A stretch of 53,729 bases of DNA, filler included, from Catajapyx aquilonaris (Eukaryota): assembly GCA_000934665.2 (NCBI GenBank). It is 3 parts of 3 records of this genome, joined end to end, with 100 filler letters (N's around TTAATTAATTAA, not from the genome) between each part and the next. Parts side by side here need not be neighbours in the genome. Positions count along the whole stretch, not along the records: positions 1 to 17,813 come from JYFJ02006855.1; positions 17,914 to 35,837 come from JYFJ02006856.1; 1 more part is not named here. One strand, 5' to 3'. Positions 11,543 through 23,778 of the stretch are shown here, piece by piece. Each line of letters starts with the position of its first letter. Positions within the stretch are counted from its first letter, which is position 1. The translations under genes were made by a program, and so were the position numbers. The notes beneath the pieces were generated by a model, which ran no database searches, was not told where the DNA came from, and saw nothing but the letters and a program-made list of their open reading frames with translations.

Positions 11543-14500
11543 TGTATATCTCTTTCAATGTGTGGCCAAGTACCCTCCCTTCTATATGTGGTATCCGACA
11601 CTCTAAAGACATCTCAATATTTAACATTGTCATTTGGGATACTTTATGTACCCCTGCATACCAAAGGAAAATAATCTTGTACTTGTAACTATAGTCCGTT
11701 TGTGAATTGAATAAGAAAGTGCAATTTCTGGGTGTTGTCAAACCAAACTAAGTGTGTGTTATATCACTACAATTTCTACTGTTAGTGCAAAAATGTGCTA
11801 TACATTCTACCTCCTTGTTTCGATCGTAAGTACCTTTGGCTTTCAAAATGCGACAATTAATTTTGCGCCACAGATCCGCAATCACTTGTGGCTGTCAAAA
11901 TGTATGTAGAGAAATTGGGATCTGTGTAGGTCATTTTAATCTGATGTACAAAATTCTTTATGGATTAGTTATCGGAGGTATTGGTAGCAGAAATTGGGAG
12001 CATAGTCACTTCTTTTCTAGCTTAAAAACCGGTATGTTGGACAAACTTTTATGGTTAATGTTCACTCTGAATGTAACTCATGTATGTGATGGTGCTCAAA
12101 GTCCAACTCAGTCACCTGAATCGAAATCAGTTAGCTGTAGGACTGAGGTGTACATCAGTGAAACCCTTTCTAGGAATGATGGCTCCTTCGCAATGCATGT
12201 GCACTCGAGATTCCCTTATTTTGAGTGCATGTCTTTGCTGGGGTGGAAAAGTAGCCAGGGAAGTTAGAAAGCAACTACATTGTCTGAAAGGGTGGCATCA
12301 CTCACAAGCAGACCCCAAGCGTTCAACCTCTCTCCTTCTCTATCTCTCAACGGAACGTCGAAAGACTGCAAACCTCGAGACTGAACTTCCACTTTAGATA
12401 GGCAAAAGACAGACAAGACACTTGGATATTGTAGTCAGGTCAGTCGGACCTGGCTCACACAAGACACTAACATGAATAATAAACTAAACTAAAGGAAAAT
12501 ATAACTGACTACATATTTTTTTGTAAATCTGGGTGCCATATAGCACGCCTTTTACTGCGACTCTAACCAGCCCTTATGGAAAATCTCTGTAACTACATGT
12601 ACGTAAAAGCATTATCCTCGCATGCAAACTGGAAGTTTCTTTAACTGCTTGAAAAGTGATTCTAGAAATGATTTGATTTCAACTGGTGCAGTTATTGTGT
12701 TGTTGTACAATTGATTGGGCACCTTATTTTATGTACAGTGTAAAGTGAAAGATATAGAATTTCTGTCCAGGTACTATTTTTGTGTACACGATTTTGGAGA
12801 CTTCCCTGTAGGATGATATGTATTGGGCCTTTTCTAAATATTTTCTGCAGTAAGCAAATTGCTTGGAGCATTTGGGATTTGTCCAGAAGGGAGAGCACGT
12901 AGGCCAGGAGTCCTCACATTAGAGCAAATGAAGACATGCTGCAATAGTGATTAATCAACTGTGACTGCGTAATGAATGGTTGGATAGCAACCGCATAGCC
13001 TAAAACAGATATCCCAAGTCAATGGTATACTCAAATGTAATCATGCAGGTGATGGTGTGTGGGCTGCAGAAATGTGGGTCGTTTTCAAAGCAGTCAAGTA
13101 TAACGCAAAAACCCCATGTACTGTAGCCTACCTATGTGAGAAACTTGTGTCTTTATAAATGGAATCCATTCCAATTGCTTTCAACTAATACGAAATGGTG
13201 TTCCACATGAGGATATGGCGAGAAGGTAGTTTTCATAACTGAATAACGTAAGTGACTTTAATACGACGACCATTTTCCAGATTCTAAATTATTACGGTTG
13301 TTTCATTAAGGTTCGGTGCTTGTGAATATTGTAAAGCGACGCAATGATGCAAGGGAGAGAGGCCACATGTGGAACATAACTTCAGTGGTTAATTTTGCTG
13401 TGATATATTACATGTGTTTCGGCAGTATTGTTCTACCACGAGGCCAAATTTACTAACTGTACTGATGAATGTACTGTACTACCTTGCCATCATTGTGAAG
13501 TTACTATACCAAATAGTAATACAGCTGACACTGTTACATTTTCTATTACTCTCCTTTCCTGTATGGAAGAGTTTTCAGTAAAGAATGTTTCCTTCTCTTT
13601 TGAGTCTATCCAATGACTTTTTAATCGCCTAACACTATCCAAAGATGGTCCCATAATGGAACGATGTACTAAATCACGTTGCCACAGAAATATACCATAA
13701 TTTTTCTACTTTGTCGTATTAAGACCAACCTGCAAATCAATTTTTCTCATATGCAGAAAATATTTCCAATACGACAGTTTTCCAACTGCAAGGAACCCGA
13801 AGGAACCTCCCATTGCACTGTAATTAGCAGAATATTTCAACACTATTTGAAAAATAATGAAATCTGCAGCTTTTAACAGGTTCCACCTGGACTTGTAGCT
13901 GGACATAAGTGCAAGGACTGCATGCTAAGATTCGCCGTGGGAAGCGTGGTGGGAAGTGTGACCAATAAAATTATGCATCATGTACTGTACTAGTACGTGT
14001 TGTTGTAATACGATATCACCAGACACACACTTCATGATACACGTTGGTTGTATTGCAACAGCAGATTCAGGGGCGTATCAAATGGGCGCCCTTGTGCAAA
14101 AAGGTACGTGGGCCCCCCAATGCACTTCATCATTCGTGTGTGTTGCACATTATTCTAGCAACTTACACATTACCTCACTTTACGTAACATGCCAATATCA
14201 CTTACGGTAGAACCCCGATTATCCCTTACCCACGGGACCGGGGCATGGTCGGAACACAAAAAAGGTCGGATAATTCAAGGAGCAAGGAAACTTGAATCAA
14301 ACGCAACAAAAATCATGCTGTATGAAAGCATGAAAATGAAATAATGTATAGGCCTAGTCTGCGTGGTGATTCCCTCGAACGGACACATTCCTCAATAAAG
14401 ACGTGTAGTCTACTTACCTTGTATGATGCCAAAGAAGGTAAGTACAGGAAGTACCCGTTTTTCGCCGCTCCATTTACGCATTAACGCCGGTTTTTAAATT

Positions 14501-14711
14501 ACATATGGAATTATTTTATCGAATATTTTAGAAAATTTTGAAGATAACAACACAATCTAAACGTCAAAGTTCACCTCAACACTTCTGAGTCCAACCCTGG
14601 TCCAAACACATGGCCATAAGTACACTTTTTCTGTTTTGTGGATTGTGGTGCCGTGTACGGCCTTGTAGCAGGTTCTATCGATATAGATAGGACCATATTG
14701 TTGGTCTCGGC

Positions 14712-15086
14712 CAGCCCCCGGACACTTATAGTACATTCTGATCTTATCGCCTGCTGGGGCGTTTTGCAGGGGGTGCTCACCTGAGAGCGCCATGAGACAT
14801 TTCAGAGCACTGGTATGTGGCGACCCTACCGGACTACGCTGAACTTTATAGGTACGAAAGGGAAGCGCTGTATGCGGGCCCAACATGGCCACCGGCGACC
14901 ATGTTGGGTCCCCCAATGTAGAGATTCCCTTTTGTACCTATAAAGTTCAACGTAGTCCGGTAGGGTCGCCACATACCAGTGCTCTGAAATGTCTCATGGC
15001 GCTCTCGGGTGAGCACCCCCTGAAAAACGCTCGGCCTGCGGCAGGGGGTCGGTGGAGTGACCAGACCTGAGTATTCTAAGATCGTG
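14712..15086. mobile_element. Non-autonomous hAT-like element with long internal palindrome, nested in an older repeat
   Basis: 8-bp TSD GTCTCGGC (14704-14711 / 15087-15094). Same ends as the element at 36948-37108. Palindromic arms about 14759-14888 and 14899-15030. An uninterrupted host copy lies at about 47970-48290. Confidence 0.7.
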
Positions 15087-15160
15087 GTCTCGGCACTCCC
15101 CTATGAAGTACTCTAACCGTTGTTAAATAGGGCCTACCCAACGTGTACTGCAATTCTTGC

Positions 15161-15350
15161 ACCGAAGCAGTTTGGAGTAGGGGATAATTATGGTGTCCGA
15201 CTGCTAATCGGGAGGTCCTGGGATCAAATCCCGGGGCCGGCAACTCTGACCGTGGTTTTCTGGCGTTTCCCACCGTCTTTCCAGGAAAATTCAGGAGTTG
15301 TTTCCGAAATTAATAGGCCACAGCCGCTTCCTTCCGTCACTATCCTATCC
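15161..15350 (+). mobile_element. tRNA-derived SINE family A (partial)
   Basis: ACCGAAGCAG head, B-box-like GGATCAAATCCC, body AATAGGCCACAGCCGCTTCCTTCC shared with 42103-42547 and 51804-52080. Confidence 0.75.
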
Positions 15351-15431
15351 CAAAAAGCGCAGTAAAACGAAAGCAAAGAGTTCCAGGCAAAACAAAGTTC
15401 CCCCCTAAAGAGCCGATGGCTGATGACGGGG

Positions 15432-15494
<63 letters not shown>

Positions 15495-15602
15495 GGGTGG
15501 TTTATAGGCTGACTTTTACCATTTTAAATTTAGTTCATAGTTTGGGTTAGCTTGTGGTTCCCGTCATCGCTGACTACCCCTTATAGGGAAATGGCGTGAT
15601 GG

Positions 15603-15688
<86 letters not shown>
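15432..15688. repeat. (ATT)n and (GTT)n(ATT)n microsatellites
   Basis: Visible repeats at about 15432-15492 and 15602-15688. Confidence 0.85.
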
Positions 15689-15689
<1 letters not shown>

Positions 15690-15950
15690 TCCAATTCTTG
15701 CCAAAATAAGGAAAGTAGTCCCCAAACCGGATGTCCCTCAATCTGGAGACTCCCATTAATCAATGTTTCAAATAATTAATCGGCATTAAGAACATCAATA
15801 TTAGTAGGCCTACTGCCCATGGAATTTTTGTTCATGAAAACATTAACATTTGCCACCTTCAAAGTAGCAAGTAGTCACCTTGGGCACGTATACAACAATT
15901 CCAGCGAATTTCCCATTTTTGGAAGCACCAAAAAAATTGGTCACCAGTAA

Positions 15951-16860
15951 TCTCTATCTCTATAAATAAGGAAGTTTGTGAGTTTGTCAGTTTGTCAGTT
16001 TGGATGTTTGTCCCTTATAGGAATCCGGGGGAAGGCCCCTACACCGCCTTAAACTAGCATATCGGGGGTTACTTTTTCCAAGGAATCTAACGCCGCATGT
16101 TTCAGCTTCCGAAAATGAACCTAACTCCCACAACACGCATATTCCCAAATCTTCTCTCTTCTCGGGCCTTAACAATTAACTTACATAAAAATCAAATAAC
16201 TATATATCAATAATATTCACATTCCCATGGAAATGCCTTTATGCATAAAAAAAACATTGCCGTATATTCAACGCTTGATTCAACGCATCCACCAATTACG
16301 CTAATTGGCCACCTCACGTGAGTTCGTATCGTATGGCCATTCTGGGATTTTGTGGGATTTGAAACTAGACTTAATATATAATAATACGATAATAAATACA
16401 ATAAAATAATACAGTATTTACATATATTACTCCGTGTTGAAAACAAATTTTCCACCATGCATCTGTACGTACATTTCTAAAGTTCTTCAGAGAAAACATG
16501 TAACGAGTTGGGGGTGTGAAGTGGGGTTGGGGGGGTCAAGGGGTTAAAAATGCAGGGGGAAAAACACGTGGCTGTGCAGTCTTTTCATGGGCCAACTCCA
16601 TCCGCATTCCTCTTTTTACACATCCAATCAGAATATCTGTGTCGACTATACACTTGCTATAAGACAAGCAGGTAATCTATCACAGATAGTGACAAACTTT
16701 GGATTATTGCAACTTATAGGGTCTATTTTAAGACATATCAAGTTTCGAGTGCATGGAATGGAAATTTTTACAAACAAACACATTCCCTAAAATACTGTGT
16801 ATGTACCCCTACCTTTACCAGCACCCCAACATACCCGGGCAACGCCGGGTAACCTGCTAG
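15951..16860 (+). mobile_element. Non-autonomous Helitron
   Basis: 5' TC after A; 5' GTTTGTCA-type repeats; 3' hairpin ACCCGGGCAACGCCGGGT followed by CTAG then T. Confidence 0.7.
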
Positions 16861-17813
16861 TAAATAATTAATTTTCATACCCCGTTATCAGCCGGCGGCT
16901 CGTTAGGGGGGAAATTTTTGTTTTGACTGGAACTCTTTGCTTTCATTTTATTTGCTTTTTTGGGATAGGATAGGGACGGAAGGAAGCGGCTGTGGCCTGT
17001 TTTTATACCGCGGAAATTTTCATACCACGTGAATTTTATACCACGGATATTTTTATACCATGTGAATTTTTATACCAGGGAAATTTTTATACCACATTTT
17101 TTTAAACCCTGTAATGCCCCTTGGGTTATATCTGGCACACCATTTAGTGCAATTTTTTATATTTCCCGTAAGTGCCAAATGTCACTAAATGGTGTGCCAG
17201 ATATGACATGAAAGAAATCATAACAGGGTTTTTTTTTTGTTTTTGGCACACGAATATTTTTTAAGAATATACTGAACCACAATTTATCACATTCTTTTAC
17301 TTATTAGCACACTAATAAGGCTTAAAAATGTAACCTAAATCAAATATTTTATGGTGATTGTTGAATTTTGTGGCGTCCTTTCTTTACAATAAGTACATGC
17401 TGGAGAGAGTGTCAGTATCGAAGTAGCGCAGTGGTCTAGTGGTTAAGACTCTCTCTTCGTAACCTGAAGGTTGAAGGATCGAATCCTGAAAGGAAGACGT
17501 CGTTTCCTTTTATCGCTATGGACCTTTCCCGCTGTTACTTCATCTCTCATTTCACATTTATTTCTCTTTGAAGTGCATCTGGTAAATAGGCTAGACCCTT
17601 CCAACACTCACACTCTCGTTGCAGCATAGCGTGGCTGTGTGGTAACGCATCAGACTCTCAATCGGGAGATGCGGGTTCAAATCCCGTGTCTCCTTGGTTG
17701 AGAGTCAGAAAAAAAAAATTTGCAGCCGACATCTCTGGCCAAGATGGCAACTGTTCCTTCGCAGTTTCCCCAACACTTTCTTCAGAGGTGTTAGAGGAGC
17801 AGCGAAGAGGGGG

Positions 17814-17913
17814 NNNNNNNNNNNNNNNNNNNNNNNNNNNNNNNNNNNNNNNNNNNNTTAATTAATTAANNNNNNNNNNNNNNNNNNNNNNNNNNNNNNN
17901 NNNNNNNNNNNNN
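17814..17913. other. Artificial assembly gap
   Basis: 100 nt of N containing TTAATTAATTAA (stop codons in all six frames); identical layout at 35838-35937. Confidence 0.95.
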
Positions 17914-18558
17914 TCGCCCAAATCACCTGCACCTGGCACACTGATTGGCGGGAGAAAAAGTCGCGGACGATTCCATAACAGTCCGACAATCTTTTTGACC
18001 GTGATAGTACACAGTACCCAGGCATTTTACCAGAGATATAATCATATCCGGAGTGGGGTGGGTGGGGGGTTGATCCCACCAAACCGATCCAGCCCTGCGT
18101 GTGTATGCAGCTCTCCCTCTTTTCACCTTGATCTCCAACGAAGGCGGACGTGCCAGGTCTACAGACAACATACTGCAATAATATACGAGTACAGGTACGT
18201 GCACATCACCATTTAGATGGGGGTTACTTGCGAAGGCTGTGTACTATACAAAAGCACAGGTAGGCCTACATTCATTTAGCCACGAAAAAGTCGGAAGTTA
18301 TACAGGCATACACTTATTCATTTTTTTAGTGCAAATGCATATTTTAATTAACTCCGTTTGCAGGGGATAATGAGGCACCAGCGATGCAGCACTTCGTGGA
18401 CCAATCTCATCTTCCGTCAAGTGGGGTCAAGTTGGACATCGGGTTAAGCCACGCACACCTAGCACTAGACAGGCCTGGAATGCATGAATGGTGAGCACAT
18501 CAGCGATTTAAAATCAGTCATTTACAGGTTCATATCACGAAGCAATTAAGGGTCGGTT

Positions 18559-18652
18559 GTACTATGGGCGCCAAAAGAATTGACCGGAGTTGATGGGTAT
18601 ATAGCGCCATATACCCATCAACTCCGGTCAATTTTTTTGGCGCCCATAGTAC
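18559..18652. repeat. Near-perfect 44-bp-arm hairpin / tiny fold-back
   Basis: GTACTATGGGCGCCAAAAGAATTGACCGGAGTTGATGGGTATAT, 6-nt loop, then the reverse complement with one mismatch. Confidence 0.85.
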
Positions 18653-18816
18653 CAGGTCAGATAATATCGGATTCTTGCCTGCTCAAATCTGGATTTGGCA
18701 CGAAAAACGTTGCCCCAAACTGTCAAATACCCTAATTCAGTCAGGCAAGAATCTGAGTTAACCGACATGGTGCAGCAAGAACAGTATAAGGAAAAAAAAA
18801 CGCAATTGCAATGCCA

Positions 18817-19394
18817 TTTAATCGCAATTTTCTAGTGGTTAAAAAAATCCCATTACATTGTGGAGACTAGGCATGATTAAGGCGATTTGACTGATGGGTC
18901 CTAGGAAGTCATCTCATTCGATATAGTCACGATTGCATTTTTAAAAACATCTTTACATGAACCACTTGAATTCCATTTTGTGACATTTAACAGACCAAGT
19001 TGCAGTTATGCTATTCAAAGGCGTCCCTGCATTTCAATGAGCAAACGTCAAGTGTCATTCGTCCAGCCCCTTTTTATTACACAAATTAATCCAGCAGTAT
19101 TTCTAATGGAGCTAGTCGCCAAGCAATTGGTTTTACTGGATTAATTTGTGTAACAAAATGGGGCTGGACGAATGACACTTGACCTTGGCTCATTGAAATG
19201 CAGGGACGCCATCTGCACCATGCCACAAAATGGAATTAAAGTGGTTCGAGTAAAGATGTTTAAGAAAGTGCAATCGTGACTATACCGAATAAGATGAATT
19301 TCTAGCACCCATCAGTCAAATTGCATCAATCATGCCTAGTCTCCACAATGTAATGGGAATTAAAAGAAAAACCACTAGAAAATTGAGATTAAAT
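18817..19394. mobile_element. Long fold-back (palindromic MITE-like) element
   Basis: Arms of about 260-280 bp (18817-19094 vs 19136-19394), e.g. CCCATTACATTGTGGAGACTAGGCATGATT / AATCATGCCTAGTCTCCACAATGTAATGGG. Confidence 0.8.
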
Positions 19395-20830
19395 TGCCCA
19401 ATTTTTAATGCCAATGACATCAAATTTGTTGTTATAAAAAGAGGAATCGTATAAATCTGCTGAGTCAAAAGCGTTGAGAAGTATTGGCCAATTAGTCACA
19501 TGGCTAAATGACTGTCATCAAGTTTTGAAATTTAATTGCAGCCTGATATGACACATTTATTAATGAAAATTACCATTTTGATATCTAATTAATCTGATCA
19601 GTTTCAAACAATAATCTTCCTCCACTTTGCAACAGTTCTCTGCCTTTTTCATGTCTCAAAATGCAATATTCAACCCATTTTACCATCTGGAAATCTGACG
19701 TGAGAGTAGGTTTTGCGCTCACAAAAATTAAATTAATGCCTTCCCATATTTTATTAAACTAACATTAAACCATGGATGTGAGGCATACTGCAGCTACAAC
19801 AAATTTCCTCGGTATCCTCCCATCAAGTATAATCCTCAATAATGAGAGATCCCATTGTAGTCCTAAAAATTACTGCCAAACAACTTGGGATAGCAGCACA
19901 AAGATACAATGATGCTCACCATGGGTGTTGAGTTGCAAAAACATAGTCGTGTTGTATTTGTGTTGTATGGTGTTAATACTTAATCTTTCTTTAAATTCCT
20001 CATAATAATGGTTAGCTGCAGCCTTCAAAATGAATGGGCAATTAACATTTCCTTCTAATAGCTACTGTTCTCACTGACCAAGTACAGTACCACAGCTTCC
20101 AATATTCACTGGCTTCCATATTCATTGCCTAATGTATGGACATCAGCTTCATCACTTCAACACATGAGGTGTACTATTGTAATAATGCTTACCATGTCCA
20201 TGTCTGGTGTGCCAGGATAGTAGATGGCGAATGAAGGGTTGAGGCCTCAGATGATGACAGCACCTGCTTGATACCATAAGTTGATTTGGATGCGGCCAAA
20301 GTGGTTGTTGGTTTCCCAGAATCAGGCAGGTGATGTCATGAACCAATCAGATGCATCATCATTCTGCAAGGTGTAATGAGTACAGGTCAAATGCTCATTG
20401 CCCCTTTGTGGCAATTATACATGCTTCGCCATACAGTGACTTTTGCACAGTAATAGTTGTTATCAAAAGAATTAGCTAGGCTACTAATTATAGGTTGCAT
20501 TGCCACACAATCAAGTGCTTTGTCTTAGAACTTTTTAATGCCATTAGCAGACTACAAATTCCACCAAAATGTGTTTGATGCCTACAAATAACCCAGAACC
20601 TTCACATAAATGAGACTGGATGAACTTAGAACTGCTAGATCAACATCTTTGTCACCAATAATAATAACTGTGGGCAGTCTTGATGAACTACTGTACTCGA
20701 AATCCTGCAATTAAGTTATCATCACTTGATACAATCAAGGTCACAGCTATTGCCAAACACACAATTTCAAACTAATCAGTTCAGCAGATATGTGTCAAAG
20801 AACCTTTCATTTGACTTAATTGGCGAATTC

Positions 20831-21173
20831 GGGGGAGGTGTGGTGGCCGTGATGGTAACGTCTCGGCTTGCTGAGTGAAAGGCCCCAGATTCGATCCTCG
20901 CCTGGGGAACTTTCCTTTCACCTGCGTCAGGAGGGTCTCTGACCTGCACCAAGGAGGTGTCTGGCAACCTAACCTCCTGGGGAACAGCACATGACCCATT
21001 AGCTACGACATTGCACCTTGCACCCATGTTCCCTCCCCAAAAATCCCTATCCTTTCCCATTGTCCTTGTTTCCTTGCACCGGTGAATGAAGTGCAAAATA
21101 TACAGAAAACTGATGGTGGTATGCCACCCCCCGAAGCAGGACGTAATGTACTGAGCAAGGGGTAGTGAAATAA

Positions 21174-21238
<65 letters not shown>
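20831..21238 (+). mobile_element. tRNA-derived SINE (family C) with (AAT)n tail
   Basis: A-box TGGCCGTGATGG, B-box-like AGATTCGATCC, (AAT)n tail, 14-bp TSD TAATTGGCGAATTC (20817-20830 / 21239-21252). Confidence 0.8.
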
Positions 21239-21242
<4 letters not shown>

Positions 21243-22503
21243 TGGCGAATTCACTCTGGAGAACTGAAAACAACGTACGCAAGACAAATAGGAAGTTATA
21301 ATAGCCAATGAAAACTAATGGATCCAGTTACGACTTGTATTGCATTAATAATAATTTGCCAATTAGGTCCAATGGGCTTAAAGTGCTCAAGAACTGAAAA
21401 GACATATTGAATCATTGTGTGTCAGTCAAATATCTTCAAAATAGTTACTTTTATTGCCTTCAACACTGCACATTAAGTTGCCACTATTCACATCTGTGAA
21501 TAATAATTCAAATTTCTGCTGTAGTGGGGCTTGAAATATATTAATTGGAAGCATGGAATGCTAAATTACATGTTACAAATTACTTACAATATTACATGGC
21601 AGATTATTACAGAAATGTGATTGTTTGCGAAAGAAATCTTTCACGCTGACATATTCTGAAGCTAAAATGGCCCTACATTGATAGTTGCTCATGACTTTTG
21701 CATGGCATGCAATCTTGAAATCTCCCCAATCAGCCTTAGAATACAGTAGTATAATGACATCACATTTTACTTGTAACCATGCAAATGCTCTTAACTGATC
21801 ATGGCAGCTAACAACACACTGACATTGCCAACTATTAATCAGGTGAACTTGAAACAGTAAATGTGTGACCTTACTTCAAAACATTCAAGGATATTCCATG
21901 GAGATAACTGAATGTAAAAGATTCAGGGAAATTTTTGCAGCCTATAGTAATTAGTCCAATGACATTCAAAAGCAAAATTTCAAGTTTGAGGCACTAATCA
22001 AGCTTATGCAACTTTAATACCCAAGAAGGTGTCATTATAATGTACTTTAAGCGTGAGAAAGCATTTAAACCAAAATAGCGCAAGCAGCATCATTTTATGG
22101 CCTACAGTTTTCATCGTGTAATTTTTTTGCAATTTCCAAAATGACGGACATTTTTCAAAATTAAAAGTCGGTTATGCCCAGCCCGGATTTTAAGGACTTT
22201 TCATTGCATGTATATGCCGCAACTCACCGTCAATTGCAGTTACATCCAACGTCATTGAGCGACATCCTTGTCCAGGGTTAATCCTTATTGCGACCAACGT
22301 GACTGCAGCAGTGGCCTTATACGTTCTTGACAGTGTCAACGTTGGTTGCATTCCAGCAGTACTACACCACAAACCTATCCTGTATCATAAAATACATTTA
22401 ATATGGACATTATCATTCCGCATTTTAATTCACCCCAATTTGACTGTCCCCCGCCATTGGCACACATTCTAGGGCAATTAACGTGTACTTCTCATGGGTA
22501 TAA

Positions 22504-22956
<453 letters not shown>

Positions 22957-23496
22957 CATGGTTATAAGTCTTCTTAACGAATCCCATAAAAATGTATGAT
23001 AGATTCTATTATGACATACCGGTACGTCGACTGGCCGTCCTTGCCACGCCACCACAGTTGTACTGAGTACCTGCACCGCGACCTGCACATCACTCCCCTC
23101 CTTCCCTTCCCTTCGAGCAGGGGCGGATTCAGACTTTCGATTATTATTTTTTTTTTTGGGGGGGGGGGGATCATGCCGNGGTCCCGTCGGACTGTTCTGT
23201 ACCATACCGCAGGCTTGGTGGCGTTTGCGAGGCGGGGCGGGGGCATAAGTCGCAAAGGGCGGGGAGCACGAGCGCCGCAGGCGAAAATGGGGGGGGGAGG
23301 GGTGGTTCAAGGTCACACGAGATTAGGTGAATGTGGGAGATTTGAATGGGTATGGACAGTATTTCATGAAATTGGTAGCACTTTTTCCAAAAAATGACTA
23401 AGCCACCCGGGGGAGTTCACAAAATGACCAAGCAACGACATTGCACTTGCACTTTGCACATCCCCTCCTATTCATTCCCCCTTCGCTCGCGGTANC

Positions 23497-23778
23497 ATGA
23501 AGTTTCTAAGGATTGCTGTGATCTTTTGGTCGTCAGGAGGCGTAGATTCAGGTGAAGTTGCCATGAAGTTTGTAAGGATTGGTGTGATCTTTTGGTCTTC
23601 AGGAGGCGTAGATTCAGGTGAAGTTGCCATGAAGTTTGTAAGGATTGCTGTGATCTTTAGGTCTTCAGGAGGCGTAGATTCAGGTGATGTTGGCATAAAG
23701 TTTGTAAGGATTGGTGTGATCTTTTGGTCCTCAGGAGGCGTAGATTCAGGAGATGTTGGCATGAAGTTTGTAAGGATG
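23497..23778. repeat. 66-bp minisatellite, about 4.3 copies
   Basis: Unit ATGAAGTTTGTAAGGATTGGTGTGATCTTTTGGTCTTCAGGAGGCGTAGATTCAGGTGAAGTTGCC repeated; gives a 22-aa periodicity in the ORF track. Confidence 0.9.

Noticed and set aside
11343..11741. Poly-I/L/N/Y ORFs here and at 15574, 20776-21308 and 22425-22692
   Set aside because: Translations of (ATT)n microsatellites.
17857..17869. TTAATTAATTAA inside N runs (also at about 35882)
   Set aside because: Synthetic six-frame-stop scaffold linker, not biological.
23497..23778. Regular repeat that might suggest a CRISPR array
   Set aside because: Head-to-tail units with no unique spacers; eukaryotic context; no cas genes.
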